Part shown: piece by piece, positions 1-11,508 of the stretch
Layout: each line of letters starts with the position of its first letter
Position numbering within the stretch: position 1 is the stretch's first letter
DNA from: an uncultured Planctomycetota bacterium
GTDB taxonomy: Bacteria; Planctomycetota; Planctomycetia; Isosphaerales; Isosphaeraceae
NCBI GenBank assembly: GCA_963845755.1
Contig: CAWJTV010000033.1
Location: forward strand, 192,001 to 256,000
Direction of reading: 5' to 3'
DNA: 64,000 nucleotides
Made by a program: the position numbers and the translations under genes
The notes under the pieces: model-generated
What the model saw: the letters and a program-made list of their open reading frames with translations, nothing else
What the model was told of the DNA's origin: nothing
Databases searched by the model: none

Positions 1-824
1 TCGGCCTCGACGACTTCGCCGCTGGGATCGTGGCCGTCGACGATCTCCGTCCGGTGCACGATGATCCGCGCCGGACCTCTCGTGTGAGAATTTCGCGGGT
101 ACAACGTCGTCGATGCAACGGGCCAGGGCTGCATCGCACGGACGAGGTTGTGGACGGCCAGGGCGGGACGGGACCAATCGATCAATCCATCCTCCTTGCG
201 AAGCTTCGGCGCCCGGGTCACCTTGGTCCGGTCTTGCGGCAGGATTGGGATTTCTCCCGCCGCCAGCGCGGCGATCGCGCGGGCCACCAGCGGGGCACCG
301 AGCCATGCCAGACGTTCCTCCAGCTCACCGGCCGTCTCGTCGGGTCCGATGGGGGTTTCGGCGATGTCGATGATTCCGCCGGCATCGATCCGGGGCGTCA
401 TTCGGATGACCGTCACGCCGGTCGTGAGTTCACCATTCTGGATCGTGCGCGCCACGGGAGCAGCACCCCGATACGACGGGAGGACCGAGCCATGAAGATT
501 GATCCCGCCGAGCGTGGGGATCGACAACAGGTCGGCGGAGAGGATCTGTCCGTAGGCGGCCGTGACGAGGAGATCCGGCTGCATCGCCCGAATTCCATCC
601 AGGCTGCCGGCCGCATTGACGTCCTCGGGCTGCTCGACGCGGACGCCGTGCGACTCGGCCGCCCGCTTGATCCGGCTGGGGATCAACTCCTGTTTCCGAC
701 CCTGCGGACGGTCGGGTTGAGTGACCAGCGCCGCAACATGGTGCCGGGTCTCGACGAGGTGTTCAAAAGAAGGCAAGGCGAAGTCGCCGGTGCCCAGGAA
801 GACCAGCCGGATCGGAGGAGCCAT
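1..824 (-). CDS. fmt: methionyl-tRNA formyltransferase (3' end runs off the window)
   Basis: Manual minus-strand translation from ATG at 824 gives MAPPIRLVFLGTGDFALPSF...VTQPDRPQGR...INLHGSILPSYRGAAP, the Fmt N-terminal and HxSLLP-like motifs. Lies directly downstream of def. Absent from the ORF track because it has no stop inside the window. Confidence 0.95.
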   Translation of the reverse strand, partial: MAPPIRLVFLGTGDFALPSFEHLVETRHHVAALVTQPDRPQGRKQELIPSRIKRAAESHGVRVEQPEDVNAAGSLDGIRAMQPDLLVTAAYGQILSADLLSIPTLGGINLHGSVLPSYRGAAPVARTIQNGELTTGVTVIRMTPRIDAGGIIDIAETPIGPDETAGELEERLAWLGAPLVARAIAALAAGEIPILPQDRTKVTRAPKLRKEDGLIDWSRPALAVHNLVRAMQPWPVASTTLYPRNSHTRGPARIIVHRTEIVDGHDPSGEVVEA

Positions 825-865
825 GAACGTGCGCCCTCCTGTCAGGAGGTGAATGCGGATGTCCG

Positions 866-1484
866 TCAGCCGGGCACACCGTTCGGCCCGCCCGGAACAT
901 CGGGGGTCGGATGCATCATCCCGTCGAGCCGGAGCACCAGGTCCTCGTCCGGGGGGATGACACCGACCCGCTGTGCCTCGCGAAACGCGGCTTCGAATCC
1001 TGCGCAACTGCTCCTCATGGAGTTTCAAATCCGAAGGCTGGAGGTAGTCAATGAACAGCTTGCCCTGAAGGTGGTCCGCCTCATGCTGGAACGCGCGGCT
1101 GAACAGGTCGTCCACGCTGTGCTCGATCAGGCTTCCCTCCAGGTCGTAGGCACGGATACGAATCGTCTTGGCCCGCCGCACCTTCGCATACACGCCGGGC
1201 AGGCTCAGGCAGCCCTCCTCATCCTCCACCGCCGAGTGCCGCTTGACGATCTCCGGATTGATGAAGACTTGCTCCTGATCCCTCTGCTCCGGATCGGCGG
1301 TGAGGTTCAAGATGAAGAACCGGAACGGCAGCGCAACCTGGTTGGCCGCAAGGCCGATCCCCCTGGCGGCGTACATCAGCTCGAACATCGAGCGGACCGT
1401 GGCTCGCAGGTCGTCATCGATCTGAGTGACCGTCCGCGACGCATATCGCAGGGCGGGATGGGGATAATGGACAATCTCAAGCAC
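866..1484 (-). CDS. def: peptide deformylase (apparent 1-nt frameshift near 1000)
   Basis: GTG start at 1484 gives MLEIVHYPHPALR...GIGLAANQV...EGCLSLPG...QHEADHLQGKLF, i.e. all three PDF motifs. A natural-looking C-terminus (FEAAFREAQRVGVIP...VPG*) ends at 866 in a shifted frame. Confidence 0.93.
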
Positions 1485-1718
1485 GAAGGATGCTCCCTCC
1501 ATACCAAGCAGGCCTATCCTGGGGACATGATCGAATCGGAGGTTCCATCGAGGCGAGTCCTAGGGCCTCGGGATAATGACCTCTTCAGGCGGAAAAACCG
1601 GCGGATGCCGGTATTCCAACCGATCGATTCCCGATCGACGCAACATTATTCTATGCCGGATCATGCCGAATCGCTACAGGCTGGAGTCTCATGTCGTTGG
1701 TCGCTCGAGTCGGGAGAA

Positions 1719-2877
1719 TCACCGCCGAGTGCCAAGGCGGTTGCGGTCCAGGACCACCTGGAGGGGCGTCGCCACTTCCTGGGCCACAAAGGCGTGGCCG
1801 GATTCGTTGAGGTGTCCGTTAACGGGGAATACCAGTTTGGCCCAATCGCTCCGCGCGGGCCTGGATCGCCACATCGATCACCGGGACATCGATTTGCCAC
1901 ATCGACAGGATCCGAGCGAGCGGGCTTTGTCCGTCCACCGGTCGATAATTGGCGACCGGTCCGACGACCAGGATGCAGAGCTTGGTCCCGTGCCGCCGGC
2001 ATTCCTCGTCGATGGATCGGAACAACGAACGGCATCGCCTCACGGCCGTTGCGTTCTCCGCGCTGGCAGCCAGTTCCGGGTCGGTCCACCAGTTCTTCGG
2101 TCCCTGTGGCGACCGGGAGGCTCCGCCTGGATTCCAGCTCAGCAGGGCCCGTTGCACGAAGAAGCCGAACTTCGAATGGAGGTTGATCCAGGCGACGACG
2201 TGCCTCGTCCAGGCCGGCTTCCGGAAGTAGTCGCGGAGCGGATGGCCCTCCGAGTCGAAGCCATCATCCGGCAGTAAACCCTGGAAATCGTTCCCCGGGA
2301 AGATGCAAAGGACCAAGGCGTCGGGGGGATTCTCCGGAAGGACATCGTGGATGATGCGATGCCAGTAGTCGAAGAGGTCGGTGGCGGAAACGCCATAGTT
2401 CACGCAGACCCTCGATGGCGACGGCGCGCCCCGATTGAGCTGACGCTCCAGGCGGGCACAGAATGTCGAGTCATACGGAACTTGCATCGCTTCGGTGAAG
2501 GAGTCGCCCACGAAAGCGATGCGATAGGGATGGTCGGCCTCCACGGGTTCGGGTCGGGCACGATATCCCGTCGCATTCGTGCGGAACATGACGCGGAACT
2601 CCGACCCTTCGACGCGATACGTCGTGTTCGGCCACCACTTCTTCCCGACCTCGGTCTGACCGGAGCCGATCATTAGCCGGTCGCAGCGAATCCAGTATCG
2701 AGGTTCCCAGAAGAGACGAAATGCCGCCTCGGCGATGACGAGTGCGATCGTGAAAGTGATCAGGTTGACCACAATCAGGAGGAGGACGCGCCTGCGCCTC
2801 GGAAGTTTCGTTCGGGCCGCAACGTGACTCGGCACGTCCAACGGAGAGAGCCGCGCGGGATTGCATGCAACGGCCAT
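1719..2877 (-). CDS. membrane-anchored SGNH/GDSL hydrolase-like protein (frameshift near 1845)
   Basis: ORF 1819..2877 has an N-terminal TM helix, a GDSFT block I and a GND block III. The shifted frame supplies LVFPVNGHLNESGH (block V) and stops at 1719. Confidence 0.75.
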
Positions 2878-3273
2878 GGCCTGTTCTCCCCGGATCGGAT
2901 TCGCCCAGCTTCTTTTTCGGCGATCCGGGGAAGGAACCTGTGAGGTTTATGGCTGACCGGGGCACGGCGTCATGGCAGGACGCTCAAGAGGGAAAAGCCA
3001 GGTGTTAGTCCGGCCGTGCATCTTGCCGCACCGATTCGTGATATTCCTGGCAGGATGGAAGCGGTCAGCCTTCTGGAGGTCCCTGGCAAATAGGTTTCCA
3101 GGCCTGGTAGAGGATCAGGCGGGAGCGATAGTCGGCTTTCGTGGGTTCGTCCGTCAGCAACTCGATGGCCCGCCCTTGCCACTTGAACGCCGTGACGGGA
3201 GCCTTGACGGAGGCTCCTCGCCGAGACCTCCTCCTGGATTGAATCATCAATGAGAACTCAACGGGATGGCACT

Positions 3274-5609
3274 TCAGGGTGCAGGCGCGAACGGATTGTC
3301 CGGAATGGGATCATATCGCTCGCCCGATCGGATCAGTTCGTTCCAGGGCGGGGCGTGGAGGAGGAAGGCCGGGCCGGCGTCGCCCGTGCCGACCGTCGCG
3401 CAGACGTTTCCCTCATCGGCGGATACGCCGATGCGAAGGATCTGGTGCGGTTCCTTGGAGCCGAGCGCGATCTCGACCCGGAATCGAGGATGCGCGAGTC
3501 CCGCCGCGATCGGCAGGTCCCCGTCGTACTGGATGAAGCGGGTCGTCTTGAGCTGGGACATCAATCGGACCAGGTCGCTCATCCGCGACAGGTCGATCCC
3601 GTCGGCTTCGGTACCGGATTCGGGGACCCACTCCACCTGTCCGCGTTCTTTCGGCATCCGCCGGTAAAGTGCCACCGTCCGGTTCGGCCAGCGAAGGAGG
3701 ACGCGCTGGGCCTTCGCAGGCGCGAACGACATGACGCGATGGTCGTGGAATTCGGCATGGAACAGGCGCACGGTCGTCGCGGAGAGGAGGAAGAGCAGGG
3801 AGTGTCCGTCGAGCGCCGCATAGTAATTCAGAGTTCGAGGGACCGCGTCCCCGATCTTGAGTCGGTGCACGCCATCGGATTCCCAGGTGACCTCGATCGC
3901 CGGCGGGTCGAGGCCCAGATGCTTCCATTCGCCGGCCGGGACGGCTGCAAACTCCTCGGCGCGGAGCTGCGACAATCCGGCAAGCACCTGCGTGATCGAT
4001 GCGGCGTCCGCTTGCGCCGGACCGGCGCGAGCATCCGCCAGGCGTTGGGTTCGCCCGATTGGTCCGGCTCGAACTCGTGGACGCGAGTCCCGCGACGAAT
4101 CGTGAGCTTGCGAATCTTGGTGGGATCGAGCGTGATGAGCGAGCGATCGCTGAAGGCGTACGGGTTCTTGGGGAGCACGTCCAGCAACCGGTCGGGCAGG
4201 GCGAGAATCATCGGGTCGCCCTTCAACCGGGCGAAGATCGCCTTCTTGAGGACATCCTGAGCGCCGAGCTCCAGTTGGAGGGCCGGCCTTCCTTGCGACT
4301 CCGACGAGCCGCCCGTCTCGGTCCCCTGCCGCGGAGGCGTGCCCTGGTCGATCCGGATCGACATGATCGGCGGGTCGAGCTTGGAATCGGGGACTTTCTT
4401 GGGATCGAGGAACTCGCTGGTCTGGAGATTCGCGATGTGGGTGAGGAACGTCTGGACGGTCCGGGAATCGGCCTTCTCGCGTCGGGGCGATGTGAGTTCC
4501 CAGCCGGTCGAGCCCTTCGACAGCTTGAAAATGTCGCTACGAGTCGCGATCTCGATCGCGCTCACGGCGGCCGGCACGATGTCGGTGATCTGCTGGCTGC
4601 GGAGCAGCGTGGGACTCTCGGGAATTTCCGCGAGCGCCCGCGCGTCGACCATCACCACGTCATCCTGGCCGCCCTGCCGGACGAAGACGCGCTCCGGCTC
4701 GTCGGGCACGGGCTTGCCCACATCCAGGACCAGGCGTCCTTCGGTATCCACGGTCTTGGTCGCCAGCTCGACGGTGACCTCCGGCGTGGCCAGGCCGAAT
4801 GGAGCGAAGTCCTTGACATCGTCGGCCACGTAGCCCTTGGGGAGGTCGACCGCGCGGAGCGACGCCAGTCCGGCAATCAAACTCTCGATCTTGGAGCTGT
4901 TGGCGAGGACGTCCAGCGGCTCCTTGAGCTTCCAGCGCCCGGCGCGGTCCCGCTCGGCGCGGATGATCGTCGGGTTTTTGCCGGATCCCCCGCGTCGCGT
5001 GATCTTGACGGACACCACCTCGAAGGAGGGCACGCCCATGATCACGGGCTCGCGCCAGTCGGTAACGGGCGAGTCGAGCCCACCGAGCAGCCGGGCGTTC
5101 ACGACCTCGATGCCCGGACCGCCGACGGGATGGACGAAGCGTTGGCCGTTCGCGGCCTTGCCGACCTCGAGGGTGGCGATGGGCGAATCGGACCCGCGCG
5201 ACCCTGCCGCGCCCGCGAACAGCCGGACCACCGCCGCCGGTGGAGCTAACCCGAACGACTCCGGCGGGCCGGTGAGTGTACCCGCCTCCGGCGACTCGCG
5301 CAACTCCTTGAGGTTGCGGACGAGGATCTCCAGGCGCGAGGGCTCGGCCGCCACGTCCCGGGGCTCGACCATCTGCCAGCGGCCCCGGCCCGCGTCGCGA
5401 CGCTCGAAGACCAGGTGCTCGTTGCCGCGGTCGATCGCCACGCGGCGGATCTCCTGTCCCGGGGTGTCGATCAGGTCCGGCAGCACCAGGTCGGCTCGCC
5501 GCGCCGTGTCCCACTGCGGGCGCAGTCCGGATCGATCGAGCCCCCACATGAGCAGGAGGAGGCCGAAGAACAACACCATCAGAACGATCGTCTTTCGATT
5601 CGATTTCAT
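3274..5609 (-). CDS. DUF4340-repeat protein associated with the Gld-like ABC system (frameshift near 4010)
   Basis: ORFs 3828..5654 and 3274..3987 join. N-terminal TM helix (MKSNRKTIVLMVLFFG) and repeated W-x-M/L-x-x-P and FGLxxP / GLxxP elements. Last gene of the GldA/F/G-like operon. Confidence 0.75.
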
Positions 5610-5613
5610 GTCA

Positions 5614-7444
5614 TTATTCGCGCCGGGCCACGTAGATGATGATCCCCACGGCAATGATCAGCATCAAGGCCGTGGCGGATGGGACCATGATCAGCCGCGA
5701 CCGGAGCTGGTCGTCCACGGCGAGAGTCAGCGCGACGTGGGTCTTGGCGCTGATCCCCATCGTGTCGGGCCGACCGCGCAGCCAGCTCGCTGCGTTCATC
5801 AGGAGGTCGAGGCTGGACGATGCGATATCCTGGAGGCCGTTGTCGGCCATGGCCGGGCAGGAGAAGAGGACCAGCCGCGGCTTCTCCTCGGGCTCGACAC
5901 CCGGGCGCGGCGCGCCGGCCCGCGCGCGACCGCCACGCCGACCGTCACGGGTCCGCGTTGATCGGAAGGATCCAGGAACGGCCGGGGGTTCTTCAGGTCC
6001 GTTTCGGCCCACGAGGAGGGGCTCGTCTGCAGGATCACCACGGGGACGAGGTTCCGGTTCACCGGCCCGTTCGCGCCCTGGTTCTGCCCGGTCAGGCCCC
6101 AGACATAGATCGGCGCCGCGTTGGGGAGGATCACATAACGATTGGGATCCATCGCCGAGGAGATCGGATGGGGGGTCGTCTCCCGCGTCGGGACCTTGAT
6201 CAATTGCAAGTTCCCCTGGTAGTTCAGACGCTGATCGATGACCAGGCCAGGCCGGATCTCGAGATTGTTCGACTTGAGGAAGTCCTCGAGGCCCGAGGGC
6301 CGCGCATTCCCGAGCAGGAGCAGCAGCGGTCGGTCGTGATCCGCGTACTCACGGATCTTCGCCACCTCGTTCGGCTGGAGCGGGTCGGCCGGTCCCGCGA
6401 CAATCAGCAGGGCCAGGTCGCCGGGAATCTCCTCCTCGGCGAGGTGAAGCTCGATCACGTCGCAACCGCTGGCCATCAGCCGCGACTTCCAGTTGCCAAG
6501 CCCCTTGCCACCCGGGTCGTCCGGCGCGGTTCTCCGTGCCCGGCGGTGAAGCCCACCTTGACCCGCTTGCCCCCGTGGAGGCGCATCAGGGCCGACGTGA
6601 GCGCGTCCTCACCGTGGAAGGCGGTCTCGAATCGGTCGCTGGCTGCGCGGAACCGATCGGGCGAGATCGGCTCGAACATCTCCTGATTCCGCACGACCAT
6701 CACCGCGGCTTCGGTCCCCTCACCATACTCGATCAGGACTCCGCCGCCGCGGAGCTGCGCCAGGTCGGGCACCCGCTTGGACAGTTCCTCGATCCGACTC
6801 AGGTCCATATAGGGGTCCAGGCTCGCGAGCCGGATCCATTGGGGATTGGCGGCACGGTACGACTCCAGCAGTTGATCGACGCGGCCGCGCTGGCGCTCCG
6901 CGAGCGGGCCGTGCCCGAAGATCATGGTGAAGGTCACCGGCCGATCCAGCCGGTTCAACTGGTTCAGCGTCTGAGACGCCAGGGAGTACGTCCCCTCCCG
7001 GGTCATGTCCAGCGGCCAGGCCACGTATCGGAACGCCAGTACGTTGATGACGATCAGCACCCCCGCCAGCAGCGAGAGGTTCAGGAACGCGTTGGAGAGA
7101 TCGATGGTCCGTCGCAGGGTTGGGCTGGAATGCCGGTAGCGACGGTTGAGCCCGATGAGCGTCAGGACCAGCCCGAACCCGAGGCCGAACATGGGCATCG
7201 ACCAGGGCACCCCACGGTCGAGCGCGACATAGGCTCCGCCCAGGATCAGCAGCAGGCCGGCCACCACGCCGACCACGATCCGGTCGCGGTAGCCGGCGCG
7301 GTGCGTCGGCGTCCTCCTCCGCCACGGCCGCCTGTCCGGGGGGCGCCCGCGCAGGATCCAGGTCAACACCAGGAACACCGCCAGGGCCGACCCGGCGATC
7401 CAGACGTCGCTGCGCCCCAGGAATGTCAGAATCTTCTCGCCCAT
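5614..7444 (-). CDS. GldG-family ABC transporter accessory protein (several frameshifts)
   Basis: Fragments 6476..7516, 5799..6476 and 5614..6012 contain DMTREGTYSLASQT, FTAGHGE, LLIVAGP, TSPSSWAETD, LLMNAASWL and a C-terminal TM helix ending RRE. Confidence 0.8.
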
Positions 7445-7507
7445 CGACAACCCGTCTCCCCCGCTCGTTATCTTCCGGACGGTCTCCGCGCCGTGCGCGT
7501 CGCCGGG

Positions 7508-7591
7508 GATTCCCAATTCAAGATTCGATGTTCAACATTTTCGGATTCCTGATAGTCATGATTCCCGAATCCTAATCTTGAGTTGGGAATC
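7508..7591. repeat. intergenic inverted repeat built from GATTCCC/GATTCGA-like heptamers
   Basis: gattcccaattcaagatt (7508-7525) is the reverse complement of aatcttgagttgggaatc (7574-7591) at 17/18 positions. Confidence 0.7.
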
Positions 7592-7622
7592 GCGAGTCTT
7601 GTACTTGGAATCGCGAAATCCT

Positions 7623-8385
7623 CTAGCGGTTCGACCGGGCCTCCAGGATTCGTGCGGTCAGGCTGAGCACCAGCACGCAGACCGACAGGTGCAGCACGAG
7701 ATGACGCAGGTCGAGCTGGCCCATGCCAAAGCCCCGGACCTGATACAGGACCGAGGAAAACCGGACCCCGTCCGCCCACCCGGCGCTGTCGGGCGCCGAA
7801 CAGATAGACCAGGGGGACCATCACGATCAGGAACAACAGCACCGCGAACGTCCAGATCGCCGAGATAATCTGATTTCGAGTCATCGAGCTGAAGAACAAC
7901 CCGATCGCCACGAACATCATGCCCATCGTGGTCAGGCCGATCCCCAGCGTGAGGACCGGGCCCACGTCGAAGTAGAAGTGCGCCTGGTAGTACAGGAACG
8001 GCAGATACAGGGCGAACGGCAGGAGCAGGACGAGATACATCACCACGCCCGAGAGCCACTTGGCCAGCACCACCTGCGACTCGGTCACGGGCAGGGTCAG
8101 CAGAGTCTCGAGCGTCCCCGATCGGCGCTCTTCCGCCAGCAATCGCATGGTCAGCGCGGGGATCGCAAAGAGGATCGCGATCCAGAACGCCGGGCTGCCC
8201 GAGATATAGGTCGTCATCGGGTCCCGGAGGCTCGATAATTCGAGCTGGGGCTGCCTGAGGAAGTCGACCAGTTCCCAGTAGTTCAGGAAGGCGACGAGCT
8301 GGAAGGCCAGGAGCACAAGATAAGCCATCGGGGCCAGGAAGTAGGCCGACAACTCGCGAATCAACAGTGTGGAGACGTGTCGCAT
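7623..8385 (-). CDS. ABC-2 type permease, GldF-like (frameshift near 7790)
   Basis: MRHVSTLLIRELSAYFLAPMAY...PALTMRLLAEERRSGTLETLLTLPV...LAKW...SSMTRNQIISA. The shifted frame ends GQLDLRHLVLHLSV...LEARSNR* at 7623. Confidence 0.88.
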
Positions 8386-8387
8386 GG

Positions 8388-9356
8388 TCAGGAGGCCTCG
8401 CGTCGGGCATCGGCGAGCGTGTCCCGGGACACCGCCTGAGTGAACCGTTCTTCCAGGGAGCCCCGCCGTAAATCGAGTCTCCGGAGTATCCAGCCGTTGG
8501 AGTGCAGCTTGCGACTGATGGCTTCGCGGAGGTCCTGGTCGCCCTGAGTCTGGATCTGGAAGCCGGCGTGCTCGCCTTGCTGCTGCGACAGGACGACCTG
8601 CTCGACCCCGGGAATCGTCTGGAGCGCGGCGCGGATGGCCTCGGCGGGGCCCCGGGCCTCTACCTCGATCGCACTCCCGCGCCGGAGGTCCTCCAGCCGT
8701 TCGTCGACGGCGATCTTCCCGCGCGCGATGATGATGACGCGTCCGCAGATCGCCTCGACTTCGGGAAGGATGTGGGTGGACAGCAGGATTGTATGCCGGT
8801 CCCCCAGGTCGCGGATCAGCGCCCGGACCTCCAGGATCTGGATGGGGTCGAGCCCGGCGGTCGGTTCGTCGAGGATCAGGATCGGCGGGTCGTGGATCAT
8901 CGCTTCGGCCAGCCCCACGCGCTGGCGGAAACCCCGAGAGAGCTGGCCGATGATCCGGTTCTCCACCTCCTCGAGGCGGCAACGGCCGACGACCTCCGCC
9001 ACCGCACGCCGGAGCTTCGACCGGGGCACATCCTTGAGCCGGGCGCGGAAACGGAGGAACTCTCGGACGCGCATCTCGACATACAGCGGGACGTTCTCCG
9101 GGAGATAGCCGACCCGGCGACGGACTTCCAGCGGGTCGTCCAGGACGTCGAAACCGGCCAGGGCCGCGCGCCCGCTGGTCGGGCCCAGGTAAGTCGTCAG
9201 CATCCGCATGGTCGTCGTCTTGCCGGCCCCATTGGGCCCCAGCAGGCCGACGATCTCGCCTTCGCTAACCTCGAAGCTGATGCCATCCACCGCCCGGAAC
9301 GACCCGAATCGCCTGGAGAGCCGGTCCACCTGGATCATGGGTTGGTCATTCGTCAT
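8388..9356 (-). CDS. ABC transporter ATP-binding protein, GldA-like
   Basis: Walker A GPNGAGKTT, signature LSRGFRQR, Walker B ILILDEPT and H-loop STH. Confidence 0.95.
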   Translation of the reverse strand: MTNDQPMIQVDRLSRRFGSFRAVDGISFEVSEGEIVGLLGPNGAGKTTTMRMLTTYLGPTSGRAALAGFDVLDDPLEVRRRVGYLPENVPLYVEMRVREFLRFRARLKDVPRSKLRRAVAEVVGRCRLEEVENRIIGQLSRGFRQRVGLAEAMIHDPPILILDEPTAGLDPIQILEVRALIRDLGDRHTILLSTHILPEVEAICGRVIIIARGKIAVDERLEDLRRGSAIEVEARGPAEAIRAALQTIPGVEQVVLSQQQGEHAGFQIQTQGDQDLREAISRKLHSNGWILRRLDLRRGSLEERFTQAVSRDTLADARREAS

Positions 9357-9385
9357 GAGTCATTCGTCGTGGGTCATTGGTCAAT
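9345..9385. repeat. short heptamer repeat tract (GTCATTC/GTCATTG-like) overlapping the ATPase start
   Basis: ggtcattcgtcatgagtcattcgtcgtgggtcattggtcaat has roughly 7-nt periodicity and encodes the MTNDQ start. Confidence 0.5.
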
Positions 9386-10542
9386 CGCCTCGAGCCTCGG
9401 CTCCCGTCAATCCGGGCGAGCGCGAGACCCAGACCAGGACGATCAAGGTCTGCTCCGGAGTTCGGACCGGACTCGGCTTGCCCAGATCCACCGCAGGTGA
9501 GCTCCGCTCCTGCTCGGGAGTCGGCGGTCGATCGGGGGCCGGCGGCTCTTCCGGCGGAGCAGCCTCCCCGTTGCCGGCCGCATCGGGAGCCTTGATCGCC
9601 AGCGCCACGCGGGATCATATCGGCCGCGGGCGACGGAGGACATGCCTGGACCTGCCCGATATCGGCCAGTTGCGTCACGACCGTGGGATCGACGGGAGAC
9701 TCCTGGACCTGATTCTGCAAGGCCGCACGAAGCCGGTTGCGCAGCGTATCGAGCTCATTCGGGCTCACGACCAGCGCGAAGACCGTGGCCTCACCGGGAT
9801 GGCGCGGGTCGATCACGATGCCCTGGGCAATCGTGATCTTGAAGTAGTTGAACCGCGTGGTTTCCTCGACCGCGGTCGCCACCTGTTTCTGGGTCGAACC
9901 GTCGGTCGTCACATCGGCGACCAGGAAGATCCGGCGAAGATCGGGATTGTCGAGGTACTGGGTCACGTGCTCCAGTTCGCCCGAATCGCGGGCGATTCGA
10001 CGGTGATCTTCCCGGTGCCGGTCCTGGGAGTCCGTCTTGCTCGTGGCGCCCTCGGAAGTCTTATGAGGAGCGAATGAGGGCCAGCGTGATTCAGACGCCT
10101 TGAGCAATGGGGCCGACGAAGGACTGTGGGAGCGATCCAGATTGGCGACAATGGGATCCGGCTGAGCGGTCGGACCGCGAGCGGCCCAGGGACGCACCAC
10201 CTGGAAGAAGGTCAGAAGCAGGCCGATCAGGATCATGGCGGCAACGCCCACCATCCCCGCGGCCCAGGCCGGAAGCGGCCGAACCATAGGTCGAACCGGC
10301 AGGGCCGGCCAGATCCGCCGCAGACGGGATCGCGCGCGAACCCGGCGCAGGACTCGGGAGGAGACCTCCACCGGCACGTCGCGCGACAGACCGGCCACGA
10401 GGTCGCGTACGAGGGTCAGCCTTCGTAATTCCTCGCCGAGCTGCGGATCGGCGATCAGGGCCGATTCCACCGCCTGCTGTTGATCCAGGCTGAGCTGGCC
10501 ATCCATGTAGGCACTCAGGAATGACTCGTCGTCAATAGTCAT
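9381..10542 (-). CDS. transmembrane anti-sigma factor (frameshift near 9615)
   Basis: N-terminal LSAYMDGQLS...VESAL anti-sigma motif and a single TM helix. Lies immediately downstream of an ECF sigma. The C-terminal piece is ORF 9381..9608. Confidence 0.8.
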
Positions 10543-10621
10543 GTGTCAGTCTTCGGGAAAGGGGCCAGAGCGGAGGTGGCCTCATGCCTCCCAAGATTGC
10601 GGCGAGGCTCGACGGCTCAGC

Positions 10622-11242
10622 CTAGCGGACCAGGGGTGACCCCTGGCGCACCGGCTGGTGCTCGTCGTCCAAGACCCGCAAACGATTAGAAAGTTCACAA
10701 CGGGCGCGGTGCAACCGGCTGCGGACCGTACCCACGGGGATATTGAGAATCGCGCCGATCTCCTCGTAACGATGGCCATCAAAGTCTTTCAGGACGACGA
10801 TCGCACGATGTTCGGGACTCAGGCTACTCAGCGCGTCCTGCACGATGCGCTCGCGTTCGGCACGCTCCAGGGGGGCGGCCGGGTCGGAATCGGGCGACTC
10901 GTCGGCGGGATCGGTTCCCCGGGAGATCGGCGGCCGGTGCCGAAGCCGTAAGCTGGACCGGATGCGCCGACGACGATGACCGCTGAGTGCCAGGTTGACC
11001 GCAATCCGGTAGATCCATGTATAGAATGAGCTGTCTCCCTGGAACTGGTCGAACTTCTCGAACGCCCGCAGGAACGTGTCTTGCAAGACATCCTCGGCGT
11101 CCTCGGCCGAGCCGATGAGCCTCAGGATCGTCGGGTACAGCCGTTCCTGGTAACGCTTGACCAACACCTCGAACGCATCGGTCCGACCGGCCCGATACGC
11201 TTGCACGAGGCTATGATCGTCGGGGCACCGGGACATCATCAT
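10622..11242 (-). CDS. ECF RNA polymerase sigma factor (RpoE-like)
   Basis: Region 2 DAEDVLQDTFLRA...FYTWIYRIAVN and region 4 YEEIGAILNIPVGTVRSRLHRAR. Start uncertain (11242 or 11326). Confidence 0.93.
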   Translation of the reverse strand: MMMSRCPDDHSLVQAYRAGRTDAFEVLVKRYQERLYPTILRLIGSAEDAEDVLQDTFLRAFEKFDQFQGDSSFYTWIYRIAVNLALSGHRRRRIRSSLRLRHRPPISRGTDPADESPDSDPAAPLERAERERIVQDALSSLSPEHRAIVVLKDFDGHRYEEIGAILNIPVGTVRSRLHRARCELSNRLRVLDDEHQPVRQGSPLVR

Positions 11243-11508
11243 TGTTGGACGTCCGAGCTCGGCCTGGAGTTCCCGCAAAATGCATCGACCCGTAGCGGCT
11301 GGGTTGGGGTGGCCCACGGGATTCATTGTATTTTACAGGACCGAGTCCCAAAAGCCCACATCCCCGAAGGACCAGTTCCACCAAGGGAAACCGACGAGAG
11401 CGTTTCAAGGATTGGGTTGCGCTCGACCGAGGCGGAGTCGAGGTCGGGTGGGTCGAGCCTCGATTCATCGAGACGACGCCCACCCGACCGGGCTTCTCGT
11501 TCACGCTT

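Noticed and set aside
1..1484. Apparent in-frame def-fmt fusion (no stop between 1484 and 824)
   Set aside because: A 1-nt shift near 1000 restores a normal Def C-terminus ending at 866, and fmt has its own GGAGG SD. With indels pervasive in this window an artefact is far more likely.
30..2186. 718-aa plus-strand ORF and similar long ORFs (31253..34597, 24644..26305, 35668..37482, 48887..50518, 61616..63409)
   Set aside because: Antisense shadows of well-supported opposite-strand genes, common in high-GC DNA, with no motifs.
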